From positions 113,460,001-113,524,000 of the forward strand of contig OZ024745.1 in the NCBI GenBank assembly GCA_964016885.1: a DNA stretch of 64,000 nt, written 5' to 3'. Both the position numbers and the translations under genes were made by a program. Source of the stretch: Eledone cirrhosa (Eukaryota). The notes under the pieces were generated by a model that was not told where the DNA came from, did not search any database, and was given only the letters and a program-made list of their open reading frames with translations. Within the stretch, counting starts at the first letter, position 1; each line of letters opens with the position of its first letter. This document shows positions 17,155-28,739 of this stretch, piece after piece.

Positions 17155-17583
17155 TGGTTGCCAACTCGTTTTAGAGTACGGCCACTACTTTATATCCATG
17201 GAGGAGAACCCCTATCGATGCGCTGAACGAGTGTGACTTTTTAGTCCAGCCAGCGACTTGAAAACTCTGGTACAAACACTACACTTGTGACAATTATTGA
17301 CATGTAGTGCTGGGCCCATGTGACGACAAGTGCAGAGAGATCTCCAGATATAAAGCAATGCCTGTTCCGTGAAGCTTTTATAGTGAGCAAAGGCACTGCA
17401 CAAAGCCAGTCCCACTCCCTTAACCAAAAAGAAGAACAAGTCAACATCATTGGATACCATCAGGGTTGCAGGTGTTATATCAGAGTTTTCCTTCTCCTAG
17501 AATTCTGCCTTGACAAAGGCTAAGGGGTCATCTCTCCCGGTGATTTGGGATGGCCATTGACTCTTAAGAGCTCCTTTGCCCTT

Positions 17584-17586
<3 letters not shown>
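17153..17586 (-). mobile_element. RTE-derived family A, 5'-truncated, two small internal deletions
   Basis: Aligns to the other copies. Flanked by (TA)n. Confidence 0.8.
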
Positions 17587-17666
<80 letters not shown>

Positions 17667-18035
17667 CCTGCATAGATACATATATACGTGTGTGTGTCTG
17701 TGTGTGTGCACATTAGTATATGTGCAAATAATTTAAAAGGAATGTGTTTATTCAATAATTTGTTCACTACAAGAAATGGAAAATATCATTTTAAAAAAAA
17801 TCAAACTATATTTCTTATGAGATAAAACAAATTTAAAATACTAATTTTCCAATATGAAATCAATTAGGCGTTGAGAGGCTTCTGATATGGCTTCGCATGA
17901 AACCATCATTGAAACACAATGATATACATACAAACACGCACTCGCACATATATGTATATTGAGTGTCTGCCTGTGCATGTATTTCTGATAGAAACACACA
18001 GAATCACACACAGAATCCCACACATACACACACAC

Positions 18036-18067
<32 letters not shown>

Positions 18068-18068
<1 letters not shown>

Positions 18069-18432
18069 TAGATAAATTTCTTTATTAGCCACAAGGACAC
18101 AAAAGAAGGGGACAAATACAAATGGGGAGTTTACATACAGGTATATGAAAATAAAACTATTAATAAAATAACAAATAACAATTGGTATTCCTAATAGGGG
18201 GGAGGTGTTACACAGGGGTTGTACACACCCCGAAAAAATGTACAACCCTCATCTCCAGGAACACCAAGAGTATGTACTCCCCCCTCTCTCCCTCTTTTTC
18301 CTCAACCTACAGGCTTATATAGAGAGAAGGCCCAACCACTCGGGCCATCTTTGCCACATTCGCCCACCTTTTATAAAATTTGCTGGGGTACAGCACCTCT
18401 CTCTCCATCCTGACTCTTCTTCCAAAATGATA
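18068..18432 (-). mobile_element. Probable L1/Tx1-type LINE 3' end
   Basis: Frame ends VRMEREVL..KFYKRWANVA..ISL*. The 3' UTR has AATAAA then ATCTATC. TCTA-type repeats at both junctions. Confidence 0.55.
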
Positions 18433-18459
18433 TATATAGATAGATAGATAATGTGTGTA

Positions 18460-18551
<92 letters not shown>

Positions 18552-19149
18552 ATTACAATAGAATTGCTGGCGCACATGATACATTTTCGATGTAGATTAA
18601 TTAAAATTATGTATAACATTATCTGCCATTCACACACATTTCAATAAAAAATATATTGATCATTGTAATAAAAGTTATAACTAAAACTACGGCTTTGTTT
18701 CCCAGAATTATGCCTTTAGATTGATTTGGGGTATAATTCTTCCAATGGTTCATATTACATAGAAATTCCACAACACAGCATATAGAAATCATCCATTTAA
18801 AATCGGATCGCCCGTAATGAATAACGTATGTATGTTTGTATGTATGTTCTTCTGGTTTTATAATTTCACAAAGTTTTACCAATAGAGAGAGAGTCGGTTT
18901 CTAACATAGACACAAGACTCTCTCATTGGAATTTACACAACATCAACTAGGTAGATATGTATGTATGCATTCATGTGTAGATATGGATGTTATTGTATGT
19001 GTGGATGTGTATATTTTGAGTTGTATGTGTGCATGTGTATATGCTTTGCATCTGTACATGTGTATATGCAGTTATTAGATGCAACATTTTTGGAATGTTT
19101 TACATATTTTTACTGTTCCATTAATGTATGTATATATGTATGTATGTAT

Positions 19150-19581
19150 GGAGAGATAACCCCTTAGCCTCCGGGAGAGATGACCCCTTAGCCTTTGTCA
19201 AGGCAGAATTCTAGGAGAAGGAAAACTCTGATATAACACCTGCAACCCTGATGGTATCCAATGATGTTGACTTGTTCTTCTTTTTGGTAAATATCATCTT
19301 GGTTAAGAGAGTGGGACTGGCTTTGTGCAGTGCCTTTGCTCACTATAAAAACTTCACGGCACAGGCATTGCTTTATATCTGGAGATCTCTCTGCACTTGT
19401 CGTCACATGGTACCATGGGCCCAGCACTATGTGTCAATAATTGTCACAAGTGTAGTGTTTGTACCAGAGTTTTCAAGTCGCTGGCTGGACTAAAAAGTCA
19501 CACTCGTTCAGCGCATCGGTAGGGGTTCTCCTACATGGATATAAAGTAGTGACCGTACTCGAAAACGAGTTGGCAGCCACC
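19150..19581 (+). mobile_element. RTE-derived family A, 5'-truncated
   Basis: Aligns to 40437-40846. About 21 nt are duplicated at the 5' junction. TATG repeats on both sides. Confidence 0.8.
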
Positions 19582-20041
19582 ATGTATGTATGTATGCCTT
19601 TATGCATGCATGCATGTATGTATACGTGTGTGTATGCATGTATGTATGTGTGTATGCATGTATATGTGTGTGAATATATGCATGAGCTTAAATCATCTCT
19701 ACCGTGTAACTGTGAACTATCAACAGAAATTTGAATATATATATATGTATGTATGTTTTCATGCGCGTGTATTTATGTATATATCTTTGAATGTATGTAG
19801 TATGTATGTATGTATATGGGGGGGGGGTATATCGGGTTCACGTCTAGTTCTATGAATATATTGCACATCCGCAAACAAATTCCCTTTATTTGATAGTAGC
19901 TGTAGTACGCGATGTTGCTTGCAAAACTGATCACTCAGTGGGTGGATAATTTCATGGCAAACAGGAATTGCAACTCTGCATAAGCATATATAGATATATT
20001 ATTTGAAACAACGCTTATATTCAACACACGCACACTCACAT

Positions 20042-20088
<47 letters not shown>

Positions 20089-20092
<4 letters not shown>

Positions 20093-20212
20093 TCCCGGGT
20101 TCAATCGGGGGTAACCGCAGTAAGTAAGGTACTCAGCACATAGTAGAGTATATAACAAGATTTAATTTAGAATTGGCTTCTAATGTGGTTACCCCCGATT
20201 GAACCAGGGACT

Positions 20213-20214
<2 letters not shown>
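20089..20214. repeat. 126-bp element with 31-bp terminal inverted repeats
   Basis: TGAGTCCCGGGTTCAATCGGGGGTAACCGCA versus TGTGGTTACCCCCGATTGAACCAGGGACTCA (2 mismatches). Confidence 0.7.
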
Positions 20215-20262
<48 letters not shown>

Positions 20263-20494
20263 GGGGGGTATATGTGTGTGTGTAAATATTTGCATGTACA
20301 TGAGTGTCCGTGTGTGTGTGTGTCCATATCTGCAAACTAGCAGTTCGGCAAATCGATATCGATAAAATAAGTAATAGAATCACAAATGTACTCGGGTTGA
20401 TATGTTTATCAAAACATTGTAAGATATTGTCCCAGTATGGCCACGTTCCAATGGAATGACTGAAACTAAATAAGTGAACGATCTATTTCAATTG

Positions 20495-20530
<36 letters not shown>

Positions 20531-20536
<6 letters not shown>

Positions 20537-20725
20537 TAAAATAACAGATTAAAGTTTAAGCAAAGAATCGCTGCTTTCACCCTTAACGGGATCTTCTGAA
20601 ACTAACAAAGTCGATCTGTAAACGCAGAACTGGATATTTCAAAAACCGTTGCAACCGGAGGAAGACAGGAAGACGATACTTTGGTTCGTGGAAACGTTCG
20701 CTGGCGAAGAATGGGAAAAAACGAA

Positions 20726-20726
<1 letters not shown>
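20531..20726 (-). repeat. Solo copy of the pLTR-like family (further copies at 59630-59745 and a stub near 40862)
   Basis: Matches 27108-27310 and abuts (TA)n. Confidence 0.8.
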
Positions 20727-20801
<75 letters not shown>

Positions 20802-20805
<4 letters not shown>

Positions 20806-21325
20806 AGTGTAAGTTTCTACACAAAACGAAGGTTATAGAGAAAATTGAGGTTGGTAATGGCACATGGAATATATAAGAGACAGAATACTTTTTTGTGAAA
20901 AAACATATAATTTTATAAGGTAAGGAAATAATAAAGGGTATAAAAAATGACCGGTTTCGATGGGTCTGCAAAAGCCATCTTTTCAAATGTTGATTAATAT
21001 TAAGAAAATTAATAATAAGAAGAGTTAAAATTTGAGATTTGAAAATTCAAGTATAAAATTCAGTGTGGGATTTCATAGTAGTTTTCATCTTGGTAGCAGC
21101 AAGTTAACTGCTGTGTGCCTTTCTGGTAGATTTTAACTCTTCTTATTATTAATTTTCTTAATATTAATCAACATTTGAAAAGATGGCTTTTGCAGACCCA
21201 TCGAAACCGGTCATTTTTTATACCCTTTATTATTCCCTTACCTTATAAAATTATATGTTTTTTCACAAAAAAGTATTCTGTCTCTTATATATTCCATGTG
21301 CCATTACCAACCTCAATTTTCTCTC
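20802..21325. repeat. ~195-bp-arm inverted repeat of a hammerhead-variant-bearing family
   Basis: 20836-21031 versus 21130-21325, nearly identical, with a ~100-bp spacer. (TA)n on both sides. Confidence 0.85.
21170..21217 (+). ncRNA. Hammerhead motif, U3:A8 core variant (mirror copy at 20944-20991, minus strand)
   Basis: TTGAAAA-GATGG-11 nt-CCATC-GAAA-CCGG-TC. Stem I is weak. Confidence 0.55.
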
Positions 21326-21383
21326 TATATATATATATATATACGATATTAATAAATGGAAACTATATTTATAAAACCATATT

Positions 21384-21448
21384 TATTTCATTATACATAT
21401 TTCAGGGATACCATATTACATTATGGTATGCCTTCATCAGACAAAATA
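21384..21448 (-). ncRNA. Minimal type I hammerhead ribozyme motif (same family as 23776)
   Basis: TATTTTGT-CTGATGA-AGGCATACCATA..TATGGTATCCCT-GAAA-TATGTA-TA-ATGAAATA. Stem II sequence differs from the 23776 copy but still pairs. Confidence 0.72.
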
Positions 21449-21601
21449 CAATATATAACAGTTTTACAAATAGCTTTGACCTACCCTTTTTAAAATACAA
21501 CCATTACTTATCGTATATCTACTCCAAAAACTTGTCGAGTGCTTTATATCAGTTATAAAAATATTTACTTGTTGTATCCCAACAACTTTAAATAGATCTT
21601 T

Positions 21602-21638
<37 letters not shown>

Positions 21639-21784
21639 CAAAGTGAGTTTTTTTTACAAAATGAAAAATAACCGAGGTGTCCTACACTAGTGAAAGTATA
21701 GAGAAAAAAGATGAAATCGAAAATGCAAATGGAGTCTTATTTTTTTTTTAAATAAGACTCCAGTTGCATTTGGGATTTCATCTT

Positions 21785-21817
<33 letters not shown>

Positions 21818-21904
21818 CGAGTGCTTTGCTAACTCATCACTTCATATAAGTAGGCCGAATTTACTTGCAAACCGCCAGAGTTTCGATTTTACTGATTTCC
21901 AATT

Positions 21905-21938
<34 letters not shown>

Positions 21939-22044
21939 GATATTAAATAAATGGAAACTATATTTATAAAACCATATTTATTTCGTTATATATAACGAAA
22001 TAAATATGGTTTTATAAATATAGTTTCCATTTATTTAATATCAT
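21939..22044. repeat. Perfect ~105-bp palindrome from the 21384/23776 family
   Basis: TGATATTAAATAAATGG...TTCGTTATATATAACGAA...CCATTTATTTAATATCA. Confidence 0.85.
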
Positions 22045-23300
22045 AAATATACTCCAAATACTTGTTGAGTGGTTTTATATCAGTTATAAATATTTACTCG
22101 TTGTTAACCCAACAATTTAAATATAACTTTCCATGTATATATATATATATATATATATATAAGCAAAGAGTTATTTAATTTGTTGGTTATTCAACAAATT
22201 TATTTATAACAGATTCGAAGCACTCTACAATATTCTTCTGGAGTATAATATCAATAATATTAATAAATGGAAACTATCTTTATAAAACCATATTTATTTT
22301 ATTATATATATTTCAAGGGTACCAAAATTTTAGTTAAAATACAAAAGTTGTTTTATAAATAGTGACATATGATATTCTTTTTAAATGGTTTTTTAAATGA
22401 TATTTTGAAATATATCTTTTTTGTGATAGTTTTAATGATGTTTCCGAATATACTTTTGATGTCTGTAACATTTCTTCCTAATAGACTATATAGACATTAA
22501 CATATGCATAGATGTATGTAACGCTATCTAAATACATGTATAAAATATCTTAGAAAGTATGTAATATAGGATACTTTAAAATCATATATAACATAATATA
22601 TAAAATTGTTCTACATATATTTTGCATATATCGTAATTGAATATTTTAGAAAGTAAATTCTAGATTAAACGATAAATGTAACTTAACTATTTTAACTAAG
22701 AAATATTGGAGTTATCTTTTCATTTATAATGTACCACGCTTAAACATTTCTTCTAAGTAACAACTAAACTTTACATAAATATTAAATTTGCTGTATAATT
22801 TCGTTACTTCGTAAATTTAGTAAATATATTCCTATCTTGATGGAACTATAGAATGTACAAAATAATCTTCTATAATAAAATCAGAACTACTTCCTTTTTC
22901 TTAAATATATAATGAAAATGTAAATGAAAAACCCTTAACATATAAAAAAAATATTTAAATTATCTATCTATTGATAAAAAAACTTCATATATATATTTAT
23001 ATAAATAACCTGTTGTAATATAATAAAATAAAATACGCTTACAACCTTAATTCTTCATAAAATATACTTATAAATATTATCTATATAATATTAAAACTCA
23101 CGATTAGAATAGATCCAATAATTAGTAGTGTCTCTCAATTTAAAAAAAAAACTTTAAATTGGTATTCTACCACTTCAACACATTTATAATTCTCATGTTG
23201 TTTTATAGATACTATCAAAATATATAATTAAATAAATAAATATAATTATTTCACTCTCTTTGCACCATCACTGATATGATCCATACAAATATATTTTAAT

Positions 23301-23470
23301 AATTGTTTCTCCTTTTGGCACAAGGCCAGCAATTACCCAGTGTATTACTGGTACTTTATTTTATCGACCACGTAAGGATGAAAGGCAAAGTTAACCTCGG
23401 CGGGATTTGAACTCAGAATGGAAAGGGCTGTAGGCGTCCGACCCTCTACCGATACTGCCAATCCACCGCC
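23301..23470 (-). mobile_element. SINE family 1 with internal deletion
   Basis: Colinear. TATATTTTAAT is repeated on both flanks. Confidence 0.85.
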
Positions 23471-23775
23471 AATTATATTTTAATGATAATAGTCTATTTC
23501 TAACTATAATATATTTTTTTCTTATATTCATTCCTTAAATTTTCTTTCACCCTAATATTAATATTAACCTCTTTCTCATCTTCCCTTAAAAAAAACCTAT
23601 CCTAATAATTATTTAAATTTACCTAGCGTCTAAATATACCGATCTTTTTCAACTTTACGTTAGCCTCATTAACATATTCACCCTAAGATTTGAAATCTCT
23701 TTCACTGTTCAAACAGAAATTAAAACGATGTGTTCTTGTTTTTTGGATATGTCACTATTTATAAAACAACTTTTG

Positions 23776-23836
23776 TATTTTATCTGATGAGAGCGTACCC
23801 AAATGTTGGTACCCTTGAAATATATATAATAAAATA
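23776..23836 (+). ncRNA. Minimal type I hammerhead ribozyme motif
   Basis: TATTTTAT-CTGATGA-stem II (GTACC..GGTAC)-GAAA-TATATA-TA-ATAAAATA. 8-bp stem I and palindromic stem III. Confidence 0.75.
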
Positions 23837-23908
23837 AATATGGTTTTATAAAGATAGTTTCCATTTATTAATATTATTGATATATATATATATATATTTT
23901 TTTTTTTT

Positions 23909-24130
23909 GTCGATTGACTTTCGTCAAATCGGACCGAGGAATCAATGTTTCCGTTGGTCTTTCCAATTGTTAATAGTATCTATCGGTCGCAACTCCAGGT
24001 AGAAGGAGCAACGTGAAATAAAGTGTCTTGCTCAAGGGCATAACGCATCGCCCGGGCCAGGAATCGAACCGACAACCTCATGATTGCGAATCCAGTTCTC
24101 CAACCTCCAACCAATCAGCCACACGCCTTC
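23909..24130 (-). mobile_element. SINE family 2, subfamily with alternative 3' half
   Basis: Colinear with the 35113 and 52684 copies. Confidence 0.8.
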
Positions 24131-24194
24131 ACTATATACACACACATATAAATATATATAACTAACACACACACACACACTTATATATATATAT

Positions 24195-24873
24195 ATATGT
24201 AACCCATTTGCAACGCCGCAGCTCCATTATTATCATATTTACACATATATTTTTTCCTCTGCTGCCACCCGTCTGTTTCGTTCTTTGTATCTTTACCCTT
24301 TCTAGCAGTCTCTCTTTCTCCGTTAGCCTCTTCCTCAACTTTCACTCACTCATTATCTGTCACTACCTCTCCTCCTCCTCCTCTTTCTTCCCGTTTGACC
24401 TGTCCGAATTCTTTTCTCGCGTGCTCTTGGCCAAGCCGGTATGAATTTTTTTTCTCTCTCTCTCTCTCTCGTCTGCGACTTCACAGAACTTATGTTTACC
24501 GAATTCGCAGACCAGACCCCTTCTTCCTCCCGTTAGACCTGTGCGAAATTCCTTCCTTGCTCACATTTCAACCAGGTTTGATGGTCTTTAGTCTCTCGTT
24601 CACGATTTCACCGAGTTTATATTCATAGAAATCTGGGACTTGTCTCTTTCTTCTCACTTTCTGTTGCTTAAACCAGTTTGTTTGTTTACCCTAGCGTCCC
24701 CTTTATTTACGTGTCCCAACGACTTTTTTTAGCCGTTGTTCGCACCAACCTGAGGTATATGGCCTTTAAAGTGATGAAATGCCTAGGACGGTTGGAAGGC
24801 CACTGATGAAGGACTTACTTTTTCATATGTAACCCATTTGCAACGCCGCAGCTCCATTATTATCATATTTACA
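24195..24873 (+). repeat. 630-bp unit bounded by identical 49-bp direct repeats, inside (TA)n
   Basis: ATATGTAACCCATTTGCAACGCCGCAGCTCCATTATTATCATATTTACA at 24195-24243 and 24825-24873. Confidence 0.8.
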
Positions 24874-25047
24874 TATATATATATATATATATATATACAC
24901 GGGTGTGTATGATTGTGTATAGAAGATTATATTAATAAGAGGAATTCCAACTTTGTCTGATTTACTCGTTTTATTTACAATTCTTTAAAATTTATAATGG
25001 TATTATAATGAAATAGTATGATAGAATATTAAATTCTACCTGTTAAT

Positions 25048-25086
25048 TGAACAAGTACTTTCATGCTTTCACAATCTTCAGGTTCA
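25048..25086 (-). ncRNA. Minimal type I hammerhead ribozyme motif
   Basis: TGAAC-CTGAAGA-TTGTGAAAGCAT-GAAA-GTAC-TT-GTTCA. 5-bp stem I, palindromic AGTACT stem III, weak stem II. Confidence 0.68.
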
Positions 25087-25154
25087 TAATATGTGGTGAC
25101 AGTCAAGTTTGCAATTTTCAACTGTGTTGAATATATATATATATATAAATATAA

Positions 25155-25218
<64 letters not shown>

Positions 25219-25221
25219 TAC

Positions 25222-25289
<68 letters not shown>

Positions 25290-25293
25290 TATG

Positions 25294-25373
<80 letters not shown>

Positions 25374-26029
25374 CACATATATATATATACACATGCACAT
25401 CACTCTTTGTTTTTTCACCATAAATCCTGAGGGTTTCATCGGGGTGCATCATATTGACATACGGCGTTCTAGGGCACTTTTAAACCTGGCAGATTTCTTC
25501 CAGAGAAGGATAGAGAGTGAGGGAATGGAAGTGAGAAAGAGATATAGAGGAAAAATAGTCTTCAGGACTATTTCATGTTCTATAGACTTCGAATGGATAA
25601 AAGGCAAAGATAAGCTCAGTGGGTTTTGAATTCAGAGAGCAGAGAGTCGAAACGAATACGGCAAAGCATTCTATCTGACGTTCTAACGACTCTGAAATTC
25701 ACTGCTTTATACATATCCTTAAGGTTATGATTATACGCATGCTTTTCGTGTATATGTGGTTGCATAACTCTATATACCCTCACAGTTGCATACGATATAT
25801 TACATTGGATATATTGCATTTGATACATGTATAATCATACATATGCAGGCTTATATGTTCCTTATGTATCTCTATAAGTGTAAAGCAATTACCTGCCACC
25901 GAGAGATATGATATATTTCTTATATGCTGACAACATTGATACACTTCAATCGATTGAATACATAGAGAAAAATCTATAATAAATAGGATTAAACAATATA
26001 ATGACGCATTAAGATGTAGGAAGCATGAA

Positions 26030-26230
26030 GATATGACGGAAGTGCATCGGACACTACGCTTAATGGCATCGAGTTATAGCCCTTTACGTTCTGAGATAAA
26101 ATCCCACTGAGGTTAGCTTTGCTTTGCACCCTTATGGGGTCGATACAATAAAGCACCAGTTATGCACTGGGGTTGATTTAATCGACTTCCCACCCCCTTG
26201 AAATTGCAGGCCTTGTACCTAAAGTACAAT
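26030..26230 (+). mobile_element. Diverged SINE family 1 copy
   Basis: Retains GGGGTCGATA..AAAGCACCAGT..GGCCTTGTACCTAAAGTA. Confidence 0.7.
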
Positions 26231-26333
26231 CAATTATATTTGCTAAATATTATCTCTTATTTTTCTGTTGGTTCATTTATTCACTTTCACATACACACAC
26301 GCACGCACACACACACATACACCCCCCTCCCCC

Positions 26334-26382
<49 letters not shown>

Positions 26383-26415
26383 AAGCATTTCTATCCAGTG
26401 GTGAACCAACAAACC

Positions 26416-26446
<31 letters not shown>

Positions 26447-26912
26447 TTATTAAAATAACAGATTAAAGTTTAAGCATAGAGTCGCTGCTTTCATCCTTAA
26501 CGGGATCTTCTGAAACAAAAAAAAATCAATCTGTGAACGCAGGAGTTAATATTTCGAAAAACGTTGCAACCGAAGGAAAACTGGAAGACGATACTTTGGT
26601 TCGTGGAGACGTTCTCTGGCAATGAACGGGGAAAAAAACGAAGATAATACGTCATTATTTGGATCATTGAGAACAATTACACGCCAAGACAAAACCACGG
26701 TTGCAACGTTTTTCGAAATATTCACTTCTGCGTTCACAGATTGATTTTTTTAGTTTCAGAAGATCCCGTTACGGGTGAAAGCAGCGATTATTTTCTTAAA
26801 CTTTAATCTGTTATTTTAATAAATATTTGCTCTAGGGTTCTTATATATTTGATATATATTTATCCTTATCGAGGCCTCTTTGGATTTTAGAATTCAAATT
26901 TATTATTATTAC
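26447..26912. repeat. Head-to-head fold-back of the pLTR-like repeat of the adjacent Penelope element
   Basis: 26447-26572 is the reverse complement of about 26698-26825. Both outer ends run into (TA)n. Confidence 0.8.
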
Positions 26913-27002
<90 letters not shown>

Positions 27003-27054
27003 AAAGTTAAACAAGGTTCAATGAATACATCAAAGAATGAGTTAATATTTTGAA

Positions 27055-27112
<58 letters not shown>

Positions 27113-28013
27113 TCACAGATTAAAGTTTAAGCAAAGAACCGCTGCTCTCACCCTTAACGGGATCTTCTGAAACTAAACAAATCAATGTGTGAACGCAGAA
27201 GTAAATATTTCGAAAAACGTTGCAACTGGACGAAAACAGGAAGACGATACTTTGGTATACTTTGGTTCGTGAAGTCGTTCCCTGGCAATGAACGGAAAAG
27301 AGCAAAGATAATACGTCGTTATTTGGAGCTCTAAGAACAATTACACGCAAAGACAGAACCATGTTTATGGTATAAATGGAGTCGTAGACTAATATTCTAT
27401 TTAGCAAACCGAATGATTCTCGACTTTAGAGTAAACATACATGCATAAATATACGTACATACACGGGCGTACACGAAAACACCCACCATGCATGCATATA
27501 TATGCGCGTACATATAAACCCGCACGGGACCTGTACCCGCACCCATGCGAACGTATACACCAAATACACATAAAAATACACATATATATATATGTGTGTG
27601 TGTATACATATAATTATATAAACGTATATAAACACACACACATAAATACAAATATAACGCACGGACGCACATACCTACAGGTAAAAACAGATATGTTCAC
27701 CATACGCACGTCAACCAAAACACAATATACACATATACACACCTTACATACGTGCAAACACGCATACACGCATGAACACAAATACACAGATACACATAAC
27801 CATATACACATAACCATATACACATATACCAGTATATGTAATATATTATATACACCTATAACAAATACAAGCCTATATACGTACGAGAAAGTATACTTAG
27901 CTCCACAAAACATACGGGTAAGGTATACTTACCTATACAAATCAGTAATGATATAAACATAAAATATACTTAGCTACCACATCAAGACGTAAATTATCCG
28001 CGTATTGTTCGTA

Positions 28014-28700
28014 CTATCCGTTAGGGTATAAAGTGGGGTTGTAATACAGGAAAGTTTTATACAATTTGTGTTTACAAGCCGAAATTGCCTCAGACTTTTT
28101 GTTTTAAGATGTGGTCATTGGCGTAGAGTTTTTCCAGGGCTTCAGCGGCGCAAAGATCGCATGGTCTTTTATTTCCGTTATACGATCTAGCCTCAACTAG
28201 GATCTCCCTGTGTAACCTATATTGGGTGTGGTTTTCTTTTAGACTCCAGATATAAGCTGAACGTGACGTCATATTCCTTCTTAAAGGGTTAAGAAAAGAA
28301 TATGTGTGCATGTAAAGACGCTGCTTGAATCTATTGGCGGTTAACCCTATGTAGGCCCTACGGGACGTGGGTGTTTCGACCTTACATTTGTAGACAATGT
28401 TACTGGAGAGGGATTTCCCGCAGTCAACCCGATTCCTACAATTACAGTTAGCACTAGCTACAGGGTTGCACGTGTTCCTACGATTAGGTAATTTAGTTAA
28501 ATTTGAAGCAGTGATGTGATGTCCTAGGTTAGGCGTCGTAGAGTAAGATATTTTAATGGTATTTCTATTAAAAATGTTATTATATTTATGTGCTGAAGGG
28601 AAATGCTTCTTAATAAGGGAGAGGAAGATCTTAACTAATGGTGTGGCCACCTCCATATTATATGGTGGGTTATACCATATAATGCGTCGGGATCTATTTT
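28014..28700 (-). pseudogene. GIY-YIG endonuclease region of the Penelope-like element
   Basis: IKISYS, CNCR, IVYKC...YIG and CDLC..E. The C-terminal KKSEAISACKHK continues in a shifted frame past the 28090 stop. Confidence 0.85.
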
Positions 28701-28739
28701 TCCTTGGTCTATGCTCATACTTAGTATATGCTACCTTAT

